From assembly GCA_937983055.1 (NCBI GenBank), contig CALJLA010000211.1, positions 12,414-76,413 on the forward strand: a DNA stretch of 64,000 bases, read 5' to 3'. A program made the position numbers and the translations under genes. The stretch's first letter is position 1; each line of letters begins with the position of its first letter. Source of the DNA: an uncultured Pseudomonadota bacterium (GTDB taxonomy: Bacteria > Pseudomonadota > Gammaproteobacteria > Burkholderiales > Eutrophovitaceae). Shown here piece after piece: positions 56,727-64,000 of this stretch. Under the pieces are notes generated by a model that was not told the origin of the DNA, made no database searches, and worked only from the letters and a program-made list of their open reading frames with translations.

Positions 56727-57902
56727 TCAGAACGTGTGCTTGATGCCGACGTACAGACCTTTGTGATCCGCACCATTGACCACATTGGTGCCGCCAACCG
56801 CGAGGTAGCTCGCGTTGGCGTCGTTGCTGGTCTGGTTGTAGATCACCTGGATCTGGGACTGCTTCGACAGATTGTGGAAGTAGCCGATTCCGATGTGGTC
56901 GGCACCGGTGTCAGGCGCCGTGCACGCGCCACCGACAGCGGTACAGTCCGCCTCGTCCGCCCAGCCGTACTGAACCGCGGCGTATCCGGTGGGCAGGTTC
57001 CACTTCACGCCCAGCCAGAACGCGTCGCGCTCCCACTCGGTCAGCGAACCAACCAGCGCGGTCGAGCCTTCGTACGTCAGCCGCTCCCAACGCGCGTTGA
57101 ACTGCCAGTCGCCGAAGGTGTAGCCGCCACCGATCTGGATGCCGGTGTCGTCGGTGCTGGTGTACGCGCCGGTCGCCGCACCCTTGTTGGCGCCAATCTG
57201 GTTGATGCCGCCGAAGTCGTCGTGGGTCTCATAAGCGACGTCGACGAAGAAGGGCATGCCTTCCGGCGCGTACTTGCCGCCAATCGAGAGTACCTTCGGG
57301 TCCGAGCCTGGGGTCTTGTACGCGCTAAGGGTGTAATCGACTTCGAAGCTGAAGCCGTTCCAGTTCGGGGACTCGTACCAGATGGTGTGGTCGGTGCGGC
57401 GATAGAAGCCCGCGCAGTTGCTGGTCGCATTCGGACCGCAACCAGACTGGCCAGCGTCAAACGCGGTGCCCACGCCCGGGTTGGAGAGGATCATCAGATT
57501 GCCGCCCGGCCCGAGCGCGCCGTCCAGGAAGTCGGACGAGTACTGCATGCGCTCATACACGTTTTCGTTCGTGCCGTACTTGAAACCACCCCAGTTGCCG
57601 ACGATACCGAGGAAGCTGTTACGGTTGAAGGGGTTTGCACCCGGGGTCGCGTCCTGGATGTTCACCTGGAGCTGCAGGTGGAACACGACCTTGTTGCCGT
57701 TGCCGATGTCATCCACCGACTCGATGTCTACGTGCGAATAGTTGCTGGCCAGCGAAGTCCTGGTGACGTCGTTGGCACCGCCGCCGCTGGACTTGCCGTA
57801 CAACAGGCCAGTCGCGATCGCACCGCTGATCGTGACGTCGGCCATCGCGGCCGGTGCGGCGAACAGGCCCGCCACCGCCACTGCGATAAGGCTCTTCTTC
57901 AT
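56727..57902 (-). CDS. outer-membrane porin (Gram-negative porin, Porin_4-like)
   Basis: 391 aa with signal peptide MKKSLIAVAVAGLFAAPAAMA, Gly/Tyr-rich beta-strand periodicity and a C-terminal ...VGIKHTF. Confidence 0.85.
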   Translation of the reverse strand: MKKSLIAVAVAGLFAAPAAMADVTISGAIATGLLYGKSSGGGANDVTRTSLASNYSHVDIESVDDIGNGNKVVFHLQLQVNIQDATPGANPFNRNSFLGIVGNWGGFKYGTNENVYERMQYSSDFLDGALGPGGNLMILSNPGVGTAFDAGQSGCGPNATSNCAGFYRRTDHTIWYESPNWNGFSFEVDYTLSAYKTPGSDPKVLSIGGKYAPEGMPFFVDVAYETHDDFGGINQIGANKGAATGAYTSTDDTGIQIGGGYTFGDWQFNARWERLTYEGSTALVGSLTEWERDAFWLGVKWNLPTGYAAVQYGWADEADCTAVGGACTAPDTGADHIGIGYFHNLSKQSQIQVIYNQTSNDANASYLAVGGTNVVNGADHKGLYVGIKHTF

Positions 57903-58207
57903 GCTATCTCCTTAATGGTTAGCTCAAGCCGGTCGGGCGAAAAGTCCGCCCTCCCTGAGGAGCGCCGGGCTTGTCCCGCCCGGATCACCCCACCCTTTTT
58001 CTTAACCTCTCCCGGGAAAGAAGAAGTCGCGTCGATTGTGCCAAAGCGCAACAAAGCGAAGCAAGCATCAACCGTCTGAAAGAAGGCGTCTTCCGAATTG
58101 GGTGTTGCGAAATAGATACATCGCAGCGCACAATAACTCGGCTTATCCACAGCCGACGTAGTTTTCGCCTCGGTTTAGGAACTTACGCCCCTGACTTAAT
58201 CCGGGTT

Positions 58208-59044
58208 CTAACTTTTCGGGGCAACTTGTTTGCCGGGCACCGGAGGCACCTCCGAAACACCGAAAAGCCTGGCCAGCGCGGCACCCGGGTCATCCGCACG
58301 CATGAACGCTTCGCCCACGAGAAAGGCGTTGACGCCGGCCGCGCGCATGCGCGCCACATCGTCTGGCGCCAGAATCCCGCTCTCGGTCACCACCAGCTTG
58401 CCGTCGGGAATGTCCGCCAGCAGGTCGAGCGTGGTCTCGAGGCGGGTGTCGAAAGTACGCAGATTGCGGTTATTGATGCCGACAAGCGGCGTCTTCAGCC
58501 TGAGCGCGCGCGCAAGCTCCGCCGCGTCATGCGCTTCCACCAGCGTCGCCATCCCCAGCGCCGTCGCGGTCGCTTCCAGCTCGGCCATTTGCGCATCGGT
58601 CAGCGCCGCAACGATCAGCAGGATGCAGTCGGCCCCCATCGCCCGCGCCTCGAATACCTGGTAGGCATCGATCATGAAGTCCTTTCGCAGCACCGGCAGG
58701 CCACTCGCCTCGCGCGCGCGCGCCAGGTACGACGGATGGCCCTGAAAGAACTGCACGTCAGTCAGCACGGAAAGGCATGCCGCCCCGTGCTTCGCATACG
58801 ACGCCCCGATTGCAGCAGGGTCGAAGTGTTCGCGCAGGACGCCCTTGCTCGGACTCGCCTTCTTCACCTCTGCGATGACGGCCGGCAGCCCGGCGCCGAT
58901 CTTTTCCCGGAGCGCGCCGACGAAATCACGCGGCGCGGGCATGCGCTCCGCGTCTGCACGAATTGCCGTCAACGGGGCGGCTTTCGCCGCCACAGCAACT
59001 TCATCGCGCTTGACGGCGAGGATTCTGTCGAGGATGTCAGGCAT
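58208..59044 (-). CDS. trpC: indole-3-glycerol phosphate synthase
   Basis: 278 aa with [13 protein letters not shown] and [13 protein letters not shown]. Confidence 0.93.
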   Translation of the reverse strand: MPDILDRILAVKRDEVAVAAKAAPLTAIRADAERMPAPRDFVGALREKIGAGLPAVIAEVKKASPSKGVLREHFDPAAIGASYAKHGAACLSVLTDVQFFQGHPSYLARAREASGLPVLRKDFMIDAYQVFEARAMGADCILLIVAALTDAQMAELEATATALGMATLVEAHDAAELARALRLKTPLVGINNRNLRTFDTRLETTLDLLADIPDGKLVVTESGILAPDDVARMRAAGVNAFLVGEAFMRADDPGAALARLFGVSEVPPVPGKQVAPKS

Positions 59045-59099
59045 TCACGGGTTCGACGAGGGCAGACGGGGTTCGGGCGCAAACGCAGCTTCGCGAGGG

Positions 59100-60125
59100 T
59101 TACGCACTGAGCGCCCTGGTATAGGCGATGAACTCTTCCAGTTTCCTGGCGGCCGCGCCGCTGCGCAGGAGATCGCGCGCGATCCTGACCCCGCCGCCGT
59201 GGTCCTCCGCCAGACCCGCGACATAGATGGCCGCGCCGGCGTTCAACGCGACGATGTCGGATGCCGGGCCATCGCCTCCATTGAGCGCGGTCAGCAGCAT
59301 GTCCTTCGCCTGGCCGGCGTCGCTCACCTGAATGGCTTCCAGAGACGCCTCCCTGAGGCCAAACTTGCGGGGATGCACGCTGTACTCGCGGATCACGCCA
59401 TCGCGCAGCTCGCCGACCGCGGTCTCGCCGCCGATGGAAATCTCGTCGAGGCCTTCGGCCCCATGCACCACCATCACATGCCGGCTGCCCAGGCGCTGCA
59501 GCACGCGCACCTGGATGCCAACCAGGTCGGGATGGAACACGCCCATGACCTGGTTTCTGGCGCCAGCAGGGTTGGTCAGCGGGCCGAGAATGTTGAACAG
59601 CGTGCGCACCCCGAGCTCACGGCGCACCGGCGCCGCATGCTTCATCGCGGAATGATGGCTGGGCGCGAACATGAAGCCCACACCCACTTCGTCGATGCAC
59701 CGGGCGACCTGCGCCGGGGTCACGTTCAGGTTCGCACCCAGCGACTCGAGCACGTCGGCGCTGCCCGACTTGCTCGATACCGACCGGCCGCCATGCTTCG
59801 CGACCCGAGCGCCGGCGGCGGCGGCCACGAACGCCGCCGCAGTGGATATATTGAAGGTGTGCGCGCTGTCGCCGCCGGTGCCGCAGGTATCGAGCAGATG
59901 GGCATCGTCAGATACCGGCACCTTGGTCGAGAACTCGCGCATCACCTGGGCGGCGGCCGCAATTTCGCCGATGGTCTCTTTCTTGACCCGCAGGCCGACA
60001 ATCAGCGCCGCGATCAGCGTCGGAGACATCTCGCCGCTCATGATCTGCCGCATCAGGTCCAGCATCTCCTCGTGAAAAATCTCCCGATGCTCGATCACGC
60101 GAACCAGCGCTTCCTGGGGCGTCAT
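59100..60125 (-). CDS. trpD: anthranilate phosphoribosyltransferase
   Basis: 341 aa with [27 protein letters not shown]. Confidence 0.95.
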   Translation of the reverse strand: MTPQEALVRVIEHREIFHEEMLDLMRQIMSGEMSPTLIAALIVGLRVKKETIGEIAAAAQVMREFSTKVPVSDDAHLLDTCGTGGDSAHTFNISTAAAFVAAAAGARVAKHGGRSVSSKSGSADVLESLGANLNVTPAQVARCIDEVGVGFMFAPSHHSAMKHAAPVRRELGVRTLFNILGPLTNPAGARNQVMGVFHPDLVGIQVRVLQRLGSRHVMVVHGAEGLDEISIGGETAVGELRDGVIREYSVHPRKFGLREASLEAIQVSDAGQAKDMLLTALNGGDGPASDIVALNAGAAIYVAGLAEDHGGGVRIARDLLRSGAAARKLEEFIAYTRALSA

Positions 60126-60694
60126 TACCGCTTCTCCTCCAGGAAATTCTTCAGCAGTTCATGGCCGTGTTCGGTAAGAATCGACTCCGGATGAAACTGC
60201 ACGCCCTCGATCGGCAGGCTCTTGTGGCGCACGCCCATGATTTCGCCGTCGTCGGTCCAGGCCGTTACTTCCAGACAGTCGGGCATCGACGAGCGCTCGA
60301 TCACCAGGGAGTGGTAGCGCGTGGCGATCAGCGGATCGGGCAACGCCCTGAACACGCCTTTACCCTCATGCCTGACAGGCGAGGTCTTGCCGTGCATCAG
60401 CGTCGCGGCATGCACGATGCGCCCGCCAAAGGCCTGGCCGATGCTCTGGTGGCCGAGGCACACGCCGAGAATCGGGACCCGCCCGGCAAACGCCTTGATC
60501 AGCGGCACCGACACCCCGGCCTCGTTCGGCGTGCAGGGCCCGGGCGACACCACGATGCGCTCCGGCGTCAGTCGCTCGACCTGCTCCAGCGAGATCTCGT
60601 CGTTCCGGTACACCCGCACCTCCTCGCCCAGTTCTCCGAAGTACTGGACAAGGTTGTAAGTGAACGAGTCGTAGTTGTCGATCATCAGGAGCAT
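60125..60694 (-). CDS. trpG: anthranilate synthase component II (glutamine amidotransferase)
   Basis: 189 aa with [26 protein letters not shown] and GVQFHPES. Confidence 0.93.
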   Translation of the reverse strand: MLLMIDNYDSFTYNLVQYFGELGEEVRVYRNDEISLEQVERLTPERIVVSPGPCTPNEAGVSVPLIKAFAGRVPILGVCLGHQSIGQAFGGRIVHAATLMHGKTSPVRHEGKGVFRALPDPLIATRYHSLVIERSSMPDCLEVTAWTDDGEIMGVRHKSLPIEGVQFHPESILTEHGHELLKNFLEEKR

Positions 60695-60710
60695 TTTCTC
60701 GGTCCTAGGA

Positions 60711-60877
60711 TTTGACCACGGAGGACACGGAGGGAAATCGAAACAAAACGGCGAACCACCAAGGCACCAGGTGATCTGATCTGAGGAATCTTTATTCTTT
60801 GGTGCTCTTGGTGAACTTGGTGTCCGTGGTGGTTCGCCTTCGCCCTTGGTTGTCCTCCGCGTCCTCCGTGGTTCAAA
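60711..60877. repeat. empty ~167-nt hairpin-family element between trpE and trpG
   Basis: The outer stem is tttgaccacggaggacacggagg with cctccgcgtcctccgtggttcaaa. The inner stem is ggcgaaccaccaaggcaccagg (60750..60771) with cttggtgtccgtggtggttcgcc (60816..60838). There is no ORF inside. Confidence 0.75.
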
Positions 60878-60884
60878 CTCGCCC

Positions 60885-62360
60885 TTAGTTGATCCTGGCG
60901 TTCAAGCCAGCCTGCGCCATCTCGGCTGCGCGCAACAGCGCGCGGGCCTTGTTCTGGGTCTCGATCCATTCGTTCTTGGGCACAGAGTCGGCGACAATGC
61001 CGGCACCCGCCTGAACGTACAGCATGCCATCCTTGATCACGGCGGTGCGAATCGCGATGGCCAGATCCATGTCCCCGCCGAACCCGAGGTAACCGACGGC
61101 CCCGGCATAGATGCCGCGCTTGGACGGCTCCAGCTCTTCGATGATCTCCATCGCGCGAATCTTCGGTGCGCCGGACACCGTGCCGGCCGGAAACGTCGCC
61201 TTGAGCACCGCCATCGCGTCCAGCCCCGGCTTCAGCCGCCCTTCAACGTTGGAGACGATGTGCATCACGTGCGAGTAGCGTTCGATCACCATGCTGTCGG
61301 ACACCTTGACCGAACCGATGTCCGCCACCCGGCCGACATCGTTGCGGCCGAGGTCCATCAGCATGACGTGCTCGGCGCGCTCCTTGGGGTCGGCCAGCAG
61401 ATCCTGCTCCAGCGCGAGATCCTCCTCGCGCGTCCCGCCGCGCGGCCGGCTGCCGGCAATCGGCCCCAGCGTGACCACACCGCTTTCCAAGCGAACCAGG
61501 ATCTCCGGCGATGCGCCGACCACATGAAAGCCGCCCATGTCGAAATAGAACATGTAGGGCGAGGGATTCAGCGCGCGCAGTGCGCGGTACAGGGACAGGG
61601 GCGAAGCGCTGAAGGGCGCGCTCATCCGCTGGGACAGCACCACCTGCATGATGTCGCCGTCGTAGATGTAGCGCTTGGCCCGATCCACCGCCGCCATGAA
61701 GTCCGCTTCGGCAAACTCCGACCGCGCAACGGCCGCGACAGACGGCGCCTCGGGCGGCACCACCACCGGCTGCCTGAGCATCCAGAGCAGCTCTTCCAGC
61801 CGCTTCTGGGCGCGGGCCCAGGTTCCTTCTTCGCCCGGGTCCGCGTAGACCACCAGAAACAGTTTGCCCGACAGGTTATCGAGCACCACCAGCTGGTCGG
61901 ACAGCAGCAGCAGGATATCGGGCGTGTGCAGCACATCCGGCTTGTCGACTGCGGCAACGCGCCTCTCGATGTACTTGACCGTTTCGTAACCGAAGCAGCC
62001 GACCAGCCCCCCGAGAAACCTCGGCAGCCCTGGGCGCGGCGCCGCGCGAAGCCGCGCATGCTGGGCGGCGATCCAGTCGAGTGGATTGTCCTGTTCGCTG
62101 TCGGACACTACGGTGTCGCCGCGCAGTTCGCGGCAACGCCTGCCCCGCACCTCAAACCTTGTGTGCGCCGGCAGCCCGATGAAGGAATAGCGTCCGAAGC
62201 GCTCCCCACCCTGCACCGACTCCAGAAGATAGGAGTAAGGCTTGTTGGCAAGCTTCAGATAGACGGACAGCGGGGTGTCGAGATCGGCAAAGGTTTCCAG
62301 AACGACCGGAACCCGGTTGAAACCCTGCGCGGCAAGCTGCTTGAACTCCTGCTCAGTCAT
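60885..62360 (-). CDS. trpE: anthranilate synthase component I
   Basis: 491 aa with [18 protein letters not shown] and the C-terminal [20 protein letters not shown]. Confidence 0.95.
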   Translation of the reverse strand: MTEQEFKQLAAQGFNRVPVVLETFADLDTPLSVYLKLANKPYSYLLESVQGGERFGRYSFIGLPAHTRFEVRGRRCRELRGDTVVSDSEQDNPLDWIAAQHARLRAAPRPGLPRFLGGLVGCFGYETVKYIERRVAAVDKPDVLHTPDILLLLSDQLVVLDNLSGKLFLVVYADPGEEGTWARAQKRLEELLWMLRQPVVVPPEAPSVAAVARSEFAEADFMAAVDRAKRYIYDGDIMQVVLSQRMSAPFSASPLSLYRALRALNPSPYMFYFDMGGFHVVGASPEILVRLESGVVTLGPIAGSRPRGGTREEDLALEQDLLADPKERAEHVMLMDLGRNDVGRVADIGSVKVSDSMVIERYSHVMHIVSNVEGRLKPGLDAMAVLKATFPAGTVSGAPKIRAMEIIEELEPSKRGIYAGAVGYLGFGGDMDLAIAIRTAVIKDGMLYVQAGAGIVADSVPKNEWIETQNKARALLRAAEMAQAGLNARIN

Positions 62361-62492
62361 GACGAACTCCGGAAACGCTGAAAAACGAGAGGGCTTTGCG
62401 TGTCAGACGCGACGCCAGCAGGCGCTCTGGCGCCACCAGCGCCAGCCGGCCCACTGCGCAAACCTCAGGCTCTCATGCGTGTGGAGTTTCAT
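62361..62492 (-). promoter_or_regulatory. trp leader: 29-codon Trp-rich leader peptide (62403..62492) plus structured region and U-run
   Basis: The minus-strand ORF ATG AAA CTC ... encodes MKLHTHESLRFAQWAGWRWWRQSACWRRV* (5 Trp). The segments CUGGCGC, GCGCCAG and CUGGCGU can pair in mutually exclusive ways. A UUUUU run lies at 62381..62385, 20 nt before the trpE ATG. Confidence 0.65.
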
Positions 62493-63190
62493 GACCGGAA
62501 GGGTCTTGTCAGATCGAGCACTTCGGAAACGGTCGCTACTATAGCATCGCAGTCGAGATCCGTTAGCGCCATGCCGCCGCGATATCCATAGGGCACGCAG
62601 AAGACCGGGCAGCCGGCCGCCCGGGCCGCGGCGATATCGGTTTGCGAGTCGCCCACCATCAGCAGCCGCTCAGCGGACACCCCGAAGCTTTGCGCGCAGT
62701 GAAGCAATGGCAAGGCATCCGGCTTCTTGCGAGGCAGCGTATCGCCCGCGACGACGAGGTCGAGCCTCGCGCGCAGGCCGACCGCCTCGAGCAGGGGCAG
62801 GGTAAAGGCCTCCGGTTTGTTCGTAACGCAGGCGAGCTTCTGACCCCGGGCCCGCAGCGCATCCAGCGCCGGCACGACGCCCGGAAACGGCCTGGACGCC
62901 CTCACCAGGACCTCCCGGTAGTGCTCGCGGAACCTGGAGCGCGCCTGCTCGAACACGTCGGTATCGGGCTCTCCGGTCATCGTGCCGGTCAGCATTCGCT
63001 TCACCAGCCGGTCGACGCCCTCGCCGACATACGAACGCACCTTCTCCACGCCGATCGGCGAACGGCCAAGGTCCTTGAGGGTGCGATTGGCCGCCTCGTG
63101 CAGATCCGGCAGCGTCTCGACCAGGGTGCCGTCGAGATCGAAGGCCACCGCGGCGATCTCGATTGGAAAGGCGACGCTCGACTTAACCAC
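62489..63190 (-). CDS. gph: phosphoglycolate phosphatase (HAD family)
   Basis: Contains AVAFDLDGTLVETLPDL plus HAD motifs. The start is uncertain: GTG 63190 lies in the hairpin arm, and a downstream GTG just before AFDLDGT is possible. The listed ATG 63274 lies inside the hairpin element. Confidence 0.85.
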   Translation of the reverse strand: MVKSSVAFPIEIAAVAFDLDGTLVETLPDLHEAANRTLKDLGRSPIGVEKVRSYVGEGVDRLVKRMLTGTMTGEPDTDVFEQARSRFREHYREVLVRASRPFPGVVPALDALRARGQKLACVTNKPEAFTLPLLEAVGLRARLDLVVAGDTLPRKKPDALPLLHCAQSFGVSAERLLMVGDSQTDIAAARAAGCPVFCVPYGYRGGMALTDLDCDAIVATVSEVLDLTRPFRS

Positions 63191-63330
63191 GGAGACGCAG
63201 AGACACAGAGGAAATCTCGCAGGAAAGGCAACTCGCTCGACTCGCAAACCGGCACGCGCCCGGCAAGCACGCAACCGACACAGAAGACATTCAGCCCTTT
63301 CTCTGTGCCTCTGTGTTTCTGTGGTTCAAG
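63182..63330. repeat. empty hairpin-family element between rpe and gph
   Basis: The left arm cttaaccacggagacgcagagacacagaggaaa (63182..63214) pairs with the right arm tttctctgtgcctctgtgtttctgtggttcaag (63298..63330). In the 26-position core, 22 are Watson-Crick. There is no ORF inside. Confidence 0.7.
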
Positions 63331-63994
63331 CTTTACCTCCCAGCTCGGCCCGCATCGCGGCGATCGTTGCTTTGTAGTCCTTGCTGCCGAAGATGGCCGA
63401 GCCCGCAACGAAGGTGTCGGCGCCCGCGCGGGCCACCTCGCCGATGTTGTCGACCTTGATGCCGCCATCGACCTCGAGCCAGATGTCGCGGCCGCTCGCG
63501 TCGATACGGCGCCGCACCTCGCGCACCTTGTCGAGGGCATGCCGGATGAACGACTGCCCCCCGAAGCCCGGGTTGACCGACATGATCAGGACCAGGTCGA
63601 GCTTGTCCAGCGTCCAGTCCAGCCAGTGCAGCGGCGTCGAGGGATTGAACACCAGCCCCGGCCTGCAGCCGCTGTCGCGGATCAGCCCGATGGTACGGTC
63701 GACATGCGCGCTGGCCTCGGGGTGGAAGCTGATGATATTGGCGCCCGCCCGGGCGAAGTCCGGAACGATGCGATCGACCGGGCTCACCATCAGGTGCACG
63801 TCGATGGGCGCCTCGGTCAGGGGGCGAATCGCCTCGCACACCAGGGGGCCGACCGTCAGGTTCGGCACGTAATGGTTGTCCATGACGTCGAAGTGCACGA
63901 CGTCGGCGCCGGCAGCTATCACTGACTGCACCTCCTCGCCCAGCTTGGCGAAGTTCGCCGACAGCAGGCTCGGTGCGATACGGTAGGTTTTCAT
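63326..63994 (-). CDS. rpe: ribulose-phosphate 3-epimerase
   Basis: 222 aa with [17 protein letters not shown] and [14 protein letters not shown]. Its stop codon (tca at 63326..63328) lies inside the terminal gtggttca of the hairpin arm. Confidence 0.95.
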   Translation of the reverse strand: MKTYRIAPSLLSANFAKLGEEVQSVIAAGADVVHFDVMDNHYVPNLTVGPLVCEAIRPLTEAPIDVHLMVSPVDRIVPDFARAGANIISFHPEASAHVDRTIGLIRDSGCRPGLVFNPSTPLHWLDWTLDKLDLVLIMSVNPGFGGQSFIRHALDKVREVRRRIDASGRDIWLEVDGGIKVDNIGEVARAGADTFVAGSAIFGSKDYKATIAAMRAELGGKA

Positions 63995-64000
63995 CGACGA

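Noticed and set aside
60711-60877. Short tandem repeats in the hairpin arms here, and at 32631..32664 and 55328..55357, considered as a possible CRISPR array or coding low-complexity peptide (the ORF 60685..60969 reads ...[11 protein letters not shown]...).
   Set aside because: The repeat units are 7-9 nt with no spacers, and the two halves are mutually complementary, so they form a hairpin. There are no cas genes nearby. The ORFs change frame and strand arbitrarily between copies.

Overview
High-GC (about 65%) chromosomal segment. Gene content and order suggest a betaproteobacterium: rpe-gph-trpEGDC, an ECF sigma/DUF3619/DUF3106/RDD operon, pyrR-pyrB-pyrC', lptFG-pepA-holC-valS, and a Porin_4-type porin. 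This taxon call is inference only, since no database search was possible. Positions 1-27.5 kb form one LPS/O-antigen super-cluster. About 23.6 kb of co-directional minus-strand genes (glycosyltransferases, ligase-like protein, Wzm/Wzt exporter, gmd/fcl) are followed by divergent manC-waaC-waaA. A lower-GC block (about 3.0-14.7 kb, with transitional flanks from 0.5 kb) sits inside this cluster. It carries what looks like a complete Campylobacter-type phosphoramidate (MeOPN) donor pathway: a glutamine-kinase-like PEP-utilising enzyme, a C26 hydrolase, a cytidylyltransferase and an APS-kinase-fold kinase. The block also has three methyltransferases, a sulfotransferase-fold protein and a Wzt with a C-terminal extension. 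I consider this the best candidate for a new system, namely a phosphoramidate- or sulfate-type O-antigen cap using a sulfotransferase-fold transferase. Positions 27.5-64 kb are housekeeping genes (thiC with TPP riboswitch, uppP, glnA-ntrBC, xthA, prlC, pyr genes, lptFG, pepA, holC, valS, trp operon, gph, rpe). This half is peppered with a family of long low-complexity hairpins bounded by (G)AACCAC...GTGGTT(C). One copy carries a GxxExxY nuclease-fold gene, one appears to carry a four-helix-bundle gene remnant, and three are empty. They look like rRNA-intervening-sequence-type cassettes placed in mRNA operons. Other points: a Trp-rich leader peptide upstream of trpE whose ATG overlaps the gph stop, an ECF sigma gene that seems to need a CTG start, and a degenerate PyrC'. 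Gene starts were chosen by eye, and family calls rest on motifs I recognise, not on searches.
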